Position numbers and translations under genes: made by a program | The notes under the pieces: generated by a model | Told to the model about the DNA's origin: nothing | Databases searched by the model: none | The model's input: the letters and a program-made list of their open reading frames with translations, nothing else | Shown: piece by piece, positions 50,122 to 60,901 of the stretch | How the letters are laid out: each line of letters opens with the position of its first letter | Numbering within the stretch: the first letter of the stretch is position 1 | DNA from: an uncultured delta proteobacterium | Lineage (GTDB): Bacteria; Desulfobacterota; Syntrophorhabdia; Syntrophorhabdales; WCHB1-27 | DNA length: 64,000 nucleotides | Direction: 5' to 3' | Assembly (NCBI GenBank): GCA_963810935.1 | Contig: CAWEPK010000005.1 | Span: forward strand, 160,001 to 224,000

Positions 50122-51486
50122 TCAAAGCCTGTAGATGCGCACGAACGTCCCCTTGGAGGTCGCTGAATAGACGGGGGTCAATTGCGCGAGGTAGTTCTTC
50201 AGGAAAGGCATATCCCGGTCTACCTTTTCGTCGAACACTAGATACCGCACCTTTTTTTCGGATACGACTTTTTCGAAGCGGGCGGGCGTGCTATCGCCCG
50301 ACATCGCGGAAAGGAGGTCGACGGGCTTGCCTTTCTCGTAAAAGGCGACCAGGGGGAGCCGGGAGGCAACCACGCTGCCGGGGTCGTAAGCGAGCAGGAA
50401 GAGCCCCGCCCTTTTGTGAAGCAGGCGGTCGTGGCGGTACGGGGTATAGGCCTGAAACAAACAAACGCAAAGTATGAGGCCGACCATGGCGTACTGCATC
50501 CAGGCCCCGCGCAAAAAGCGCCTGCCGAGGTAGTCACCCGCCGCGTATATCCCTTCGGCTGCGAATATCATGCAGACGGGAGCGAATTCGATTGAATACC
50601 GCTGCGTCTGATGACCGATGAAAGAGAGGCTCACTATATGGAAGGCAACTAAAAGTAGCACGAGCCGCCGGTACGGCCCTTCGATCAGCTTGTATCCGAA
50701 AACCGCAAGCAGAAAGAACAGCGGGAAGACGGCGATGAAAAATTCATAGACGACTACGGCAAAATTACTTAAGACTACGCCAAGCGGCGCGAACGGCGAA
50801 AGCGTCGCCTTCCTGCTTACCATCCATGCGCCCGTCTGCCACCATAGAGCGCCCATGTACAAAAAACCCAGGACGACAAACGGCACAAAAAAGAGCAGGC
50901 TGTCCAGGAACCTTCTCCTTGCCAACAGGCAAAGGATAAAGGGTACGTAGAAGACTATATATTCCGGCCGGGTCAGGTACGTCAGGGTGAGGCAGAGACC
51001 CGATATGACTATATATCGGCGCCTCTCCTCCTGCCACCCCATGTAGAAAGAGAAGACGGTGGCGCTGAAAAGGAAGGCGGCGCACGCTTCCGACAACACC
51101 GCCCCTGAATACCGGACAAGGTACGGATGAAACGCAACCAAAAGGGCAACCCAGAGGGCCTTACCCTCGTCCCGGAAGAACCTCCTCGCAAAAACAAAAG
51201 ACATGTAGATCAACAGGACGCCGAACATCAGGGAAACCAGGCGGCCGGCCGTCTCTACGTTGGCTATCACAAGATGGACGGGGGCGACAAAGAGCGGGTA
51301 GACGGGAGGGAATACGCTCTCAAAGGCCCGGCTGAAGAGGCCCTTGGCGAAGTTGTCGGCCATGGTCGCATAGCCGATACCGTCCATCTCGATCGCAGCG
51401 GAAGTCAACGCGACGTATATACGAAGCGCAAGGCCCGCCACAAGGATCGGGACGATGGCGTAGTTCCTTTGTTTTTCGCCGATCAA
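50122..51486 (-). CDS. ArnT/PMT-like (GT39/GT83-type) GT-C glycosyltransferase
   Basis: LALRI...EMDGIGY, PPVYPL, GRLVS, LSEA, LTRPE; many TMs. Confidence 0.75.
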   Translation of the reverse strand: MIGEKQRNYAIVPILVAGLALRIYVALTSAAIEMDGIGYATMADNFAKGLFSRAFESVFPPVYPLFVAPVHLVIANVETAGRLVSLMFGVLLIYMSFVFARRFFRDEGKALWVALLVAFHPYLVRYSGAVLSEACAAFLFSATVFSFYMGWQEERRRYIVISGLCLTLTYLTRPEYIVFYVPFILCLLARRRFLDSLLFFVPFVVLGFLYMGALWWQTGAWMVSRKATLSPFAPLGVVLSNFAVVVYEFFIAVFPLFFLLAVFGYKLIEGPYRRLVLLLVAFHIVSLSFIGHQTQRYSIEFAPVCMIFAAEGIYAAGDYLGRRFLRGAWMQYAMVGLILCVCLFQAYTPYRHDRLLHKRAGLFLLAYDPGSVVASRLPLVAFYEKGKPVDLLSAMSGDSTPARFEKVVSEKKVRYLVFDEKVDRDMPFLKNYLAQLTPVYSATSKGTFVRIYRL

Positions 51487-51502
51487 GCCTTTCTCCAGCC
51501 TC

Positions 51503-52807
51503 CTACTTCCCGCTTATTTTCAGCCCTTCGATGAAGAGCGTCGGGGAGCCGTAGGGGCCGTAAAAGGTGAGGTCGTTTCCGACTGCCCTCACTGCGTTGA
51601 GTAGCTCGAAGAGGTTTCCGGAAAGGATCACCCCCTTGAACGGCTTCCACTTGTTATTGAGCTTCCGGCTGCCTATGGCGCCCACAGAAAAATCGCCCGT
51701 TACGCCGTTCGCCGTGTGGGTGCCCATAAGCTCCTCGACTACGATCCCGCCCTCTCCGGCGTCCGGGCCTTTTGTATCGCCGGCCTCGATGATAAGGCCC
51801 CTCGTCCCGCACCTCGGCGGCTCTTTCACTCCCCCCCTTACCGCATTGCCCGTAGACTCGCTGCCAAGCCGCTTTCCATAGCAGGTGTCGTAAAGGAAGC
51901 CCCGGAAAACACCTTTGTCCACCAGCACATTTTCCCGCGACGGCACGCCTTCGCCGTCGAACGGGAACGCACCCGCGCCGCGCGTGCCGGAATCGACGAC
52001 GGTCAGCACGCCGGAAAAACATTGCACACCGGCCTTGTCCGCGAGGCGCGTCTTCCTCTTGTACAGGTTCTCCGAAAGGAAGGAAGGGGCGAGGATTTCC
52101 AGGACCTGGCAGGCGCACGCGGGCGTCAGCACACCGTTATAAACGCCCGTATCGAGAAGCTCGGCGCCGAGGGCGGATACGGCCTTTTCGGCAATTTTGG
52201 CGGCGAGCGCGCGCCCGTCGAGCCCACTGAGGCGGGAAGACCAGGCCCAGTCGTACCAGGAGACCTCGTCGTCACCCTCTTTTGCGACAGCCAGCGCGCT
52301 CAAGGAATAGAGGGTCTTCTTCGCCTCTGCGGAAAGGCCGTGGGAGTTTATAATCCTTACGTCTATTTCCGTCTCGTGCAGCTCGCAGTTCCTCGTCTTC
52401 ACGATACGCTTGTCGGCCGAGCGGATGGCCGATTCCATATCGAGCAGCGCGGCCGTCTTTGTGTCGTCGGATGCGGCAAGGCCGGCCGCGTCATAAAGTT
52501 CGAGGCCGGGATAGGACGCAAATCCGCCGGGCAGCGCGTAACATGGGTCGGCATCCAGAAACGGCATCAGCTCGGTCGCGTTCCCGACAAGGTCCGAGGC
52601 TGCCTTATCGCCCTTCTCGAACGTATACGAAAAAGAGAGCCTGCCGTTTTTGAGTCCCCGCAGTGCAATGCCTTCCTCTTCCTTGACCTCCATCGTTATG
52701 ATCTCGCCGTCGGCCGCCTCGAACCTTTTGTCCCGTTCCGTAACGAAACAGAGCTCCCAGTCTTCGAGGGTGTCGCTCAATAGATGCGTCGGGAACCGGG
52801 CCTCCAT
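51503..52807 (-). CDS. TldD/PmbA family protein (PmbA/TldE-type)
   Basis: FPFDGEGV, STGNA, NGVTGDFSVG, ILSGNL.ELL, GSPTL. Confidence 0.85.
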   Translation of the reverse strand: MEARFPTHLLSDTLEDWELCFVTERDKRFEAADGEIITMEVKEEEGIALRGLKNGRLSFSYTFEKGDKAASDLVGNATELMPFLDADPCYALPGGFASYPGLELYDAAGLAASDDTKTAALLDMESAIRSADKRIVKTRNCELHETEIDVRIINSHGLSAEAKKTLYSLSALAVAKEGDDEVSWYDWAWSSRLSGLDGRALAAKIAEKAVSALGAELLDTGVYNGVLTPACACQVLEILAPSFLSENLYKRKTRLADKAGVQCFSGVLTVVDSGTRGAGAFPFDGEGVPSRENVLVDKGVFRGFLYDTCYGKRLGSESTGNAVRGGVKEPPRCGTRGLIIEAGDTKGPDAGEGGIVVEELMGTHTANGVTGDFSVGAIGSRKLNNKWKPFKGVILSGNLFELLNAVRAVGNDLTFYGPYGSPTLFIEGLKISGK

Positions 52808-52835
52808 GGCATGTCTCCTTGTGATTGGCCGCTGC

Positions 52836-53295
52836 CTACGTAAGGTGGGCGATCATCGCCGCCTCGTCGCAGAGCGGAAACTTGGGGCAGTTGATGCAGT
52901 CCGTCCATATCTTCTGAGGCAGGCTCGGATTTATCGACTTCCTTAAATCCGAAGCGGCCGAAAAGCTCGGACCGGCGGGTCAGCACGAAGAGCCCTTTCA
53001 CGTCCATAGCGCGTGCCTCGTCGATGCACGCCCTTACGAGATCTCCACCCAGCCCTTTTCGCCTGGCGTCCTCCACAACGCAAAGCGACCTTACCTCGGC
53101 CAGGTCTTCCCAGCAGATATGCAACGCGCAGGCGCCCTGCACCTCGCCCGTTTTCTCGTCCTCATAAACAAAATAATCACGCATGTTATCGTACAACTCG
53201 GCCAAAGGGCGGGGCAGCATCTCGCCGTTGCCTGCGCACGCGTTGACCAGCCGATGGATACGTGCGATGTCCTTAAGACGCGCCTTTCTGAGCAT
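52836..53295 (-). CDS. Short GNAT N-acetyltransferase (ArgA-like), one frameshift near 52922
   Basis: MLPRPLAELYDNMRDYFV, LHICWEDLAEVRSL; corrected end LPQKIWTDCINCPKFPLCDE. Confidence 0.85.
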
Positions 53296-54904
53296 TTTCG
53301 AGCATCTCCTCTGCCTGTCCGAGCGTTTTATCCGTGATATTGATGCCGCCGAGCATCCTGGCCACCTCTGCTGTGCGTTCCGGCCCGGCCAGCTCCCTGA
53401 TCGACGTGCGCGTCGACGTCCGGCCCTGGTTTTTCTCGACCAGAAAATGGTGGTGTCCGTAAACCGCTATCTGGGGCAGGTGCGTGATGCAGATGATCTG
53501 GTGGCGCCCGGAAAGCTCCCGGAGCCGCCTGCCCACAACCTCCGCGACTCTGCCGCCTATCCCCGCGTCGATCTCGTCGAAAACCAGCGTCCTTTCCTTT
53601 GCGTCCCCGGTGATCTTCTTTACTGCCAGCATGATCCTCGAAAGCTCACCCCCCGACGCTACCCTGCGAAGCGGCCTTAACGGCTCGCCGGGGTTCGTTG
53701 AGAGCATGAACTCTATCTCGTCCCTGCCGTTCTCGCCGATGGACCCCCTGTCTGCGATCTCTATACTGAAGCGGACACCCTTCATGGAGAGCAGGGCAAG
53801 CTCATCCATCACGAGGCGCTCTATCCCGGCCGTGCTCTTTTTGCGGGACTCGGAAAGATTGCCCGCCATCGCGTCAACCCGCGCGGCAAGCGCGGCCTTC
53901 TCCGATTCAAGCTCCGCTGCGTCCGACTTTACGTGCTGAAGCTCGCCGAGCCTCTTTCTTGCCCTCTCCTCGAACTCTTTAATGCTCCCGTAAGTCTTCG
54001 CGTATTTATCTTTCAGCCTGACGATGTCCGAAAGACGCTCCTCCATCGCCTCCAGCTCGCCCGGCTCGTAATCGAGAGATTTTTCCTTCTCCCTGATCGA
54101 CGCGATCACGTCCTCGACGTCGAATGAAAGCGCGTCGAGCTTCGCCTTGATCGCCTCAACCCACCCGATGCCGGAAAACGGCCTGAGCTGCGCGGAGAGG
54201 GCGGAGACGGTCGCGTATACCGACTGCTCGTCTTCGTAAAGACCCCTCTCAACGGCTTCAATGCCGCCCCGTATGCGCGCCGCGTCCTTGAGCACCTTGA
54301 GCCTATCCCTGATGCCTTCTTCCTCGCCAACGCCTACGCGTGCCTCTTCGATCTCCTGTATCTGGTAGGCGAGCAGCTCTGCCTCGTTGGCCTGGCTTTC
54401 GGCTGCCTTCTTCTTTGCCTCCAGCTCCCTGCCGACCGCGTCGAGGCGCCTCACCTTGCCGGAAAGCTCTTCGGTTTGTGTCTCCAGGCCGAGGAAGCGG
54501 TCGATAATGGAAATATAGTGTTCCTTTCCGAGCAACTGCTGTGACTCGTTCTGGCCGTATACATGGATGAGAAGGTCCCCGACCTCCTCAAGTTTCTTGA
54601 CCGTCACCGCGCTTTCATTCACGAACGCGCGCGCGCGGCCCTGGCTGCCTATGGTCCTCCTTAGGATATACTCCTCGCCGTCCCTGAAACAATGGCCCAC
54701 CACTTCCGCCTGCTCGGACGCCCCCCGCACTGCGTCAGCGGGCGCCTTGGCATTGAGCAGGGTCGAGAGTGCGTTAATGATAATCGATTTCCCTGCACCC
54801 GTCTCGCCGGTTATCACATTGAGCCCGTCTTTGAACTCGACGTCGAGCTTGTCGATGATGGCAAAGCCCGAGACGCGCAGGAAAGCGAGCATGCTACCTT
54901 TCAC
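53273..54904 (-). CDS. recN: DNA repair protein RecN
   Basis: TGETGAGKS, ASGGELSRIMLA, FDEIDAGIGG, ITHLPQIA. Confidence 0.95.
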   Translation of the reverse strand: MKGSMLAFLRVSGFAIIDKLDVEFKDGLNVITGETGAGKSIIINALSTLLNAKAPADAVRGASEQAEVVGHCFRDGEEYILRRTIGSQGRARAFVNESAVTVKKLEEVGDLLIHVYGQNESQQLLGKEHYISIIDRFLGLETQTEELSGKVRRLDAVGRELEAKKKAAESQANEAELLAYQIQEIEEARVGVGEEEGIRDRLKVLKDAARIRGGIEAVERGLYEDEQSVYATVSALSAQLRPFSGIGWVEAIKAKLDALSFDVEDVIASIREKEKSLDYEPGELEAMEERLSDIVRLKDKYAKTYGSIKEFEERARKRLGELQHVKSDAAELESEKAALAARVDAMAGNLSESRKKSTAGIERLVMDELALLSMKGVRFSIEIADRGSIGENGRDEIEFMLSTNPGEPLRPLRRVASGGELSRIMLAVKKITGDAKERTLVFDEIDAGIGGRVAEVVGRRLRELSGRHQIICITHLPQIAVYGHHHFLVEKNQGRTSTRTSIRELAGPERTAEVARMLGGINITDKTLGQAEEMLENAQKGAS

Positions 54905-55745
54905 CCCACTTCAGCTTGGTCCGCAGTACCTCGAAATAGCTGTTTGTCGCCGATTTTACCAAAGAGACGGAGAAGGTCGATTTTTTCATGACGACTTCGT
55001 CCATGTATTCGAGGGGCAGCCCGACCTGGCCGTCGAGCGTCAGTATCACCTTTTCGTCGGGCGATAGCAACCTCGCCCGTATCGTCATCTCCTTCGGGAT
55101 AATGATGGGACGGTTTGTAAGCGTGTGGGCGCAGATCGGCGTAAGGACGGCGTGCTCCAGGGACGGATAGAGGACCGGGCCGCCCGCAGCCAGGGAGTAG
55201 CCCGTCGAGCCGGTAGGCGTAGAGACGATAAGACCGTCGCCCCGAAAGGTCGTAAGGTAGTCGTTATCGACGTACGTCTCGATGTTGATTATCCGGGCCA
55301 GGGCGTCCTTGGCGATGACCGCATCGTTCAGGAGCGAGAGCGCGAAGACCTCCTCGTCCTGTCGCCTGACGGTCACGTCCAGCATCGACCTGGTCGACGT
55401 CTCGTAATCGCCTGCCAGCACGCGGGGAAGCATCCCGGGAAGCTCCTCGAGGGAGACCTCCGTCAAGAATCCCAGGCCCCCGAGGTTCACGCCCAGTATG
55501 GGCACCCCCGCCCCCCTGATCTGCCGCGCTACGGAAAGCAGCGTGCCGTCGCCCCCAAGGACGATTATAAGGTCAGCGCCGTCCGCCACGTGCTCCAGCT
55601 CGAACATTTCCTTATGGCGAAGGCCGGGCGCGGAATCTTCATCGAGGGCGATGCGGACGGACGACCCATACTGCCCGATAATGCCTTTGGCTACGTCCAG
55701 GGCCGCCTCTTTCTTCCTCTTGCAGACTATATTTACGGATTTCAT
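54894..55745 (-). CDS. nadK: NAD kinase
   Basis: GGDGTLL, GVNLGGLGFL, LND, GDGLIVSTPTGSTGYSLAAGGP. Confidence 0.95.
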   Translation of the reverse strand: MKSVNIVCKRKKEAALDVAKGIIGQYGSSVRIALDEDSAPGLRHKEMFELEHVADGADLIIVLGGDGTLLSVARQIRGAGVPILGVNLGGLGFLTEVSLEELPGMLPRVLAGDYETSTRSMLDVTVRRQDEEVFALSLLNDAVIAKDALARIINIETYVDNDYLTTFRGDGLIVSTPTGSTGYSLAAGGPVLYPSLEHAVLTPICAHTLTNRPIIIPKEMTIRARLLSPDEKVILTLDGQVGLPLEYMDEVVMKKSTFSVSLVKSATNSYFEVLRTKLKWGER

Positions 55746-55773
55746 GCCTTGCCTTTATCCCCTTGCGTCCGGC

Positions 55774-56460
55774 TCACAACAGGCCCTTTTCCTTGAGACT
55801 CGTATAGCCCTGGCGCGTAATAATGATATGGTCGAGCACGTCTATGCCCATGAGCCGGCCGGCCTCGACCAGCCTGCGGGTCACGCTGATGTCGTCGTCG
55901 GACGGCTCGGGGTCGTCGGACGGGTGGTTGTGGGCGAGTATTATAGACGATGCGCTGTGCGCCAGCGCGTCCTTAAAAACTTCCCTTGGGTGGACGAGGC
56001 TGGAATTAAGCGTACCTACGGAGATTGTCGATATGGCGACGATCTTGTTCCTCGTGTTCAGGAGGATGGCCTTGAAGTGCTCCTTCGCCTTATCCTGGAT
56101 GCTTTTGCGGATGGCCTTCACGAGCACCGACGGGTCGCTTATGCTGTATTGGCCGACCTCCGGCGCCAGGTCCTGCCGCCTGCCCAGCTCGAAGGCCGCT
56201 TTGATCTGGACGGCCTTGGCGAGCCCTATGCCCTTCACGCACGACAACTGCTCGACCGTAGCCCTGCTGACCGCATTAAGGTTGCCGAACGCGCTCAGAA
56301 GCTCCTGAGCGATATTGACGGCGGATTTGCCGGGGATGCCCCTCCCTATGATGAGGGCAAGCAGTTCCTGGCCGGACAGCGCCTCCGGTCCGAGCGAGGC
56401 CAGGCGCTCGCGCGGTCGCTCGGCCTTCGGCAAATCGTGTATGGTAAAAGAGTCGCCCAT
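55774..56460 (-). CDS. radC: RadC (JAB domain) protein
   Basis: RPRERL, GIGLAKA, VHPREVF, HNHPS.DPEPS.DD, LDHIII. Confidence 0.95.
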   Translation of the reverse strand: MGDSFTIHDLPKAERPRERLASLGPEALSGQELLALIIGRGIPGKSAVNIAQELLSAFGNLNAVSRATVEQLSCVKGIGLAKAVQIKAAFELGRRQDLAPEVGQYSISDPSVLVKAIRKSIQDKAKEHFKAILLNTRNKIVAISTISVGTLNSSLVHPREVFKDALAHSASSIILAHNHPSDDPEPSDDDISVTRRLVEAGRLMGIDVLDHIIITRQGYTSLKEKGLL

Positions 56461-56515
56461 AGGTAACGATAAAGATTATACAAATTAAACAGGCAATTAC
56501 AAACATGATTTTGAG

Positions 56516-56644
56516 GGCGGCCGCGACCTTTCCGCGTCTTTCGCGTCGTTTTCTCGGGCGCGAGTCCTCACATACAGAAAACGTATGCTCCGGCTCGCTT
56601 CGTCGAAAAGCAACGCGAAATCCATCGGAAATCTCTCGGCCGCC
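56516..56644. repeat. Long imperfect intergenic palindrome (REP-like), copy 2
   Basis: GGCGGCCG/CGGCCGCC, TTTCCG/CGGAAA, TTTCGCGT/ACGCGAAA; minus-strand apex CGGAGCATAC-N7-GTATGTGAGG. Confidence 0.8.
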
Positions 56645-56715
56645 TTTTCTATGATGAGCCAATCTCGATGCCGGATAGTCTCACGGGCCGGAGCACTTTT
56701 CGGCGGTTCGGCGGG

Positions 56716-58480
56716 CTACTCTTCCATCACCCTCAGTATCTCTTCCGCCACACCCCTGTTGAGTCCCTTTATGCCTGCGATGCCTTCTACGCCCGCCGCC
56801 TTCATCTCTTCGAGCGAAGGGAAGGCTTTGAGGAGCGCCATCGCCCGCCTCTTGCCCACGCCCCGGACGGCCTCAAGCTGTGAAGTCAGGTCTTCGCGCC
56901 TCTTCCACTTCTTGTGGGAGGCGATGGCAAAGCGGTGCGCCTCGTCCCTCATCCGCACCATTTCCTTGAAAACAGGCGACGATTTGGGAAGGAGCAGGGG
57001 GTTTTTCCGGAGAGGGAGGTAGAGGAAATCCTCCATCCTCTTCCGCCTCTCCCCCTTGGCGATGCTTACTGCATCGATTGCGTGCTGCCCGCTCTTTATG
57101 AGGGATAGAGCGGCAGCGAGCTGCGCCTTTCCCCCGTCGATCACCATCAGGTCGGGCAGCGGACCGATGCGCTCGTCGTGCAGGCGGCGCCTCAGCACTT
57201 CCCCGATCATGGCAACATCGTCTTCAGTCGCCGCCTCACGTATGTGGAAGACGCGGTAACCGTCCTTCTTTGCCTTGAAGTCATCGAAGACGACCATGAT
57301 GCCCGATGGGCTCTGGCCGTGGATATGGGATATATCGTAGACCTCTATCCTTTTCGGCGCTTTCGCCAGGTGGAGCGCTTTCCTGAACGCCTCGTCGAGC
57401 GGCCCGGTCTCTATCTCGTGCAGGTTCTCGACTGCCAGCCGGACCATGTCGGCCGCACGCGGGTCGGACGGACCGAGGACGCGGACGCGCCCTTTCTTTT
57501 TTTCCTGCAAGGTCTGCTGCAGGAGCTGCCTGTCCTCGATCTCCTCGGAAAGGACGACCTCGTCGGGGATGGGCCGGCCGGCGTAATACTGAAGGAGAAA
57601 TGAAGGGAGCGAGTCGTCCAGACGGGGCGTAAAGGACTGCCTGAACGTCCTTTTGGAGATCAATACCCCCTTTCGGAAGTTCAGGACCACAATCCGCAGG
57701 CGGCCCTCTTCCTCGAGGATGCCCCACGCGTCCCTGTTTATCCCCATGTGCTCGTGGACGTTCTGCTTTTCGACCAGCCGCTTTATGGCTGCGTGCTTCT
57801 CCTTCTTTGCCTGAGCCTCCTCGAACTTCCACGAGCGGGAGGCCTCCTCGATCTGCGCCTCTATCTTCTTCAGGAGCCTGTCGTTCCTGCCGTGGAGCAG
57901 GTCGGCCACCTCATCGACGATGGCGCGGTACGCCTCCGCGCTAATCCTTCCGACGCACGGTGCAGGGCACTTCTCGATCTCCGCCAGAATGCACGGCCTC
58001 GTCCTGCGGTTGAAGACGGAATCCCGGCAGCGCCTCACGGGGTAAAGGGACTGGACTGTCTTGAGCAGCTCCCTTGCGTCCTTTGCGTGCGGATGGGGGC
58101 CGAAATAGAGGGCCCCGTCGTCTTTGATCGTCCTCGTCACGCTCAAGGCGGGGAACTTGTCCTGAGCTGTGAGCTTAAGGGAGACATACGTCTTGTCGTC
58201 TTTCAGGACGATGTTATATTTCGGCTGGTGCTCTTTGATCAGGTTATTTTCGAGGAGGAACGCCTCTTTCTCGTTGCCTGTCAGGACAAACGACATCTCT
58301 TCTACGCGCCTTACGAGCCGCTCCGTCTTTCTGTCCTTCCTGCTATTGCTGAAATAGCTCTTGACGCGGTCCTTCAGGCTCCTCGCCTTGCCGACGTAGA
58401 TTATATCTCCGGAGGCGTCCCTGAAAAGGTAGACGCCCGGGACTGTCCGGCAGGTTCGAGATATATTCCTCGCTAATCAT
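56716..58480 (-). CDS. uvrC: Excinuclease ABC subunit C (one frameshift near 58439)
   Basis: LPDSPGVYLF...IYVGKARSLKDRVKSYF (GIY-YIG), IEVYDISH, PDLMVIDGGKAQ, RDEAHRFAI; span 1765 = 3n+1. Confidence 0.95.
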
Positions 58481-58499
58481 CCTGGTATCCTGTCACGCT

Positions 58500-58744
58500 A
58501 TGTTGTCTCAACCATCGGCCACTGTGAACCTTGCCGATTACCGACCACCCGCAGTTGCAGCAATTGGCCCCCGGCCCAATTGCTGCCGTGGTCGGAGGAG
58601 CGCCTCAAGGAATTGCGATAGGCGGATGAAATGGGTGCCTTGCCGGCCGGAGGCGTACGTCGGTACGTCGGAGGGCGCAAGGCGCACATTTCGCCGCATA
58701 GCGCGATTCCGCAGCAGGCGCGAGTCCAAACCTTGCCACAACAT
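58500..58744. repeat. Composite palindromic element (two hairpins, imperfect 12-bp terminal inverted repeats); includes REP-like copy 3
   Basis: Ends ATGTTGTCTCAA / revcomp ATGTTGTGGCAA; GCAGCAATTGG/CCAATTGCTGC; apex CGGAGGCGTAC-GTCG-GTACGTCGGAG. Confidence 0.7.
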
Positions 58745-58811
58745 CCGCCTTTGTCTCTTTCACTACCACCACACTAGTAGTTTCCGACTCCCCGGTACGC
58801 GTGGCTCGACA

Positions 58812-60800
58812 CTAAATCGCAAGCTCCATCTGCTCCAGCCTGACAAGCCGGTCCCTAAGCTTTGCCGCCCGCTCGAAGTCCCACCTCTTTGCTGCCTCGT
58901 TTATGTCCTTGCGCAGCTTCCTGACCATCTTGGAGAGCTTCTTCGGGTCCGCGCCCTGCTCGTCGATCCCGTCCGCATCGACCGTTAAATAATCCTTTTC
59001 GTAAATCGACGAAAGGATATCGACTATCGATTTCTTGATGCCTTCAGGGGTGATGCCGTGCTCCGCATTGTAGGCCGTCTGGACCTTGCGCCTTCTGACC
59101 GTCTCGTCGATGGTCCTCTTCATCGAATCGGTTACGTGGTCCGCGAACATGATCACCCTGCCGTTGATATTGCGCGCCGCCCTGCCGCACGTCTGTATGA
59201 GCGCGGTCTCCGAGCGAAGGAAGCCTTCTTTGTCCGCATCCAGGATGGCCACAAGCGAGACCTCCGGCAGGTCGAGCCCCTCCCGCAAGAGGTTGACCCC
59301 TACGAGGGCGTCGAATTTGCCGAGCCGCAGGTCGCGGACTATGGCGATCCGTTCCAGCGTATCGACCTCCGAGTGGAGGTACTTGGTCTTTATGCCCGCG
59401 TCGAGGAGAAAATCCGTAAGGTCTTCCGCGAACCGCTTGGTCAGCGTAGTGATCAGGACCCTCTGCTTTTCGGCAATGGTCTTTTTCAGCTCCGCGAGCA
59501 GGGAGTCCACCTGGTTCCGGGCAGGCTTGACGTCGATTACGGGGTCCATCAGCCCGGTCGGCCGCACGATCTGCTCCACTACGTGCCCTTTTGCCCTCAC
59601 CATCTCGTAAGTGGCCGGGGTGGCCGATACGTAGACGACCTGGCCGACGCGCTTCTGGAACTCCTCGAACATCAGAGGGCGGTTGTCGAGGGCCGAGGGC
59701 AGGCGGAAGCCGTATTCGACCAGCGTCTGCTTGCGCGACTGGTCGCCCCTGTACATGCCCTGTATCTGCGGGACCGTCACGTGGCTCTCGTCGATCATGA
59801 CGAGCGCGTCGCGGGGTATGTAGTCCATGAGCGTCGGGGGCGCCTCGCCCGGCTTCCTCCCGGTAAGGTGCCTCGAATAGTTCTCGATGCCTGAGCAATA
59901 GCCGATCTCCTTGAGCATCTCCAGGTCGTATTTCGTCTTTGCCTCAAGCCTCTGCGCCTCGAGCAGCTTGCCCGCGCCCCTGAATTCCTTAAGCCGTTGC
60001 GCAAGCTCCTCTTCGATGGTTATCACGGCCGCGTCGAGCCGCTCCCTGCCGGTCACGTAATGGGTGGCCGGGAATATATTGCAGCGGGATAGCTTCTCCA
60101 TTACCTTGCCCGAAAGGGGGTCGATGGCGAAAATGCCCGTGACCCGGTCGTCATCGAGGACGATGCGAATGGCCTTCTCTTCTTCGTATGCCGGGAAGAC
60201 GTCTATATTCTCGCCCCTGAGCCTGAACTTGCCCCGGTAGAAGTCAAAATCGTTCCGCTCGTACTGGCACTCTATCAGCTTGGCGAGCAGCGCCGCCCTC
60301 TCTATTTTGTCGTCCACCTGGAGGGATATGAGCATTCCGTAGTAGGCCTCCGGCGAGCCGAGGCCGTAAATGCAGGAGACGCTGGCGACGATGAGCACGT
60401 CGTTCCTCTCGAACAGCGCATTGGTTGCCGACAGGCGCAGCTTGTCGATCTCTTCGTTGATCGACGAGTCTTTCTCGATGTATGTGTCGGTCGGCGGGAC
60501 GTACGCCTCCGGCTGGTAGTAATCGTAGTAGCTCACGAAGAAATGGACGGCGTTGTCAGGAAAGAGCGTCTTGAATTCCGTATAGAGCTGGGCGGCAAGC
60601 GTCTTGTTGTGCGATATGACGAGGGTCGGCCGCTGGGTCCGCTCGACTACGTTGGCCATGGTGAACGTCTTGCCGGACCCGGTGACGCCGAGGAGCACCT
60701 GATCGGAGACGCCGGAAAGGATGTTGGCTGTAAGTTTGTCGATAGCCTGCGGCTGGTCGCCGGCAGGCGCGTAGTCATTTTTGAGCTTAAAATTCGGCAT
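58812..60800 (-). CDS. uvrB: Excinuclease ABC subunit B
   Basis: [52 protein letters not shown]-terminal UVR domain. Confidence 0.98.
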   Translation of the reverse strand: MPNFKLKNDYAPAGDQPQAIDKLTANILSGVSDQVLLGVTGSGKTFTMANVVERTQRPTLVISHNKTLAAQLYTEFKTLFPDNAVHFFVSYYDYYQPEAYVPPTDTYIEKDSSINEEIDKLRLSATNALFERNDVLIVASVSCIYGLGSPEAYYGMLISLQVDDKIERAALLAKLIECQYERNDFDFYRGKFRLRGENIDVFPAYEEEKAIRIVLDDDRVTGIFAIDPLSGKVMEKLSRCNIFPATHYVTGRERLDAAVITIEEELAQRLKEFRGAGKLLEAQRLEAKTKYDLEMLKEIGYCSGIENYSRHLTGRKPGEAPPTLMDYIPRDALVMIDESHVTVPQIQGMYRGDQSRKQTLVEYGFRLPSALDNRPLMFEEFQKRVGQVVYVSATPATYEMVRAKGHVVEQIVRPTGLMDPVIDVKPARNQVDSLLAELKKTIAEKQRVLITTLTKRFAEDLTDFLLDAGIKTKYLHSEVDTLERIAIVRDLRLGKFDALVGVNLLREGLDLPEVSLVAILDADKEGFLRSETALIQTCGRAARNINGRVIMFADHVTDSMKRTIDETVRRRKVQTAYNAEHGITPEGIKKSIVDILSSIYEKDYLTVDADGIDEQGADPKKLSKMVRKLRKDINEAAKRWDFERAAKLRDRLVRLEQMELAI

Positions 60801-60808
60801 AACCAATT

Positions 60809-60837
60809 ATTTTAACCCCGGCAAGAACCGTTGTCAA
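60809..60837 (-). promoter_or_regulatory. Putative sigma70 promoter for a leaderless uvrB
   Basis: TTGACA-17 bp-TAAAAT; ATG 8 nt downstream; no SD. Confidence 0.7.
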
Positions 60838-60864
60838 AACACCATATCAGACGAAGACAACTCC

Positions 60865-60894
60865 TTGACGGCTTGCAGAACGGCAACCTATACT
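60865..60894 (+). promoter_or_regulatory. Putative sigma70 promoter for a leaderless GT9 gene
   Basis: TTGACG-18 bp-TATACT; ATG 7 nt downstream. Confidence 0.65.
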
Positions 60895-60901
60895 GACAGA
60901 G

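Noticed and set aside
55774..56460. radC as a marker of a mobile element or anti-defence JAB
   Set aside because: Full-length chromosomal-type RadC with an HhH region among housekeeping genes; no mobility genes nearby
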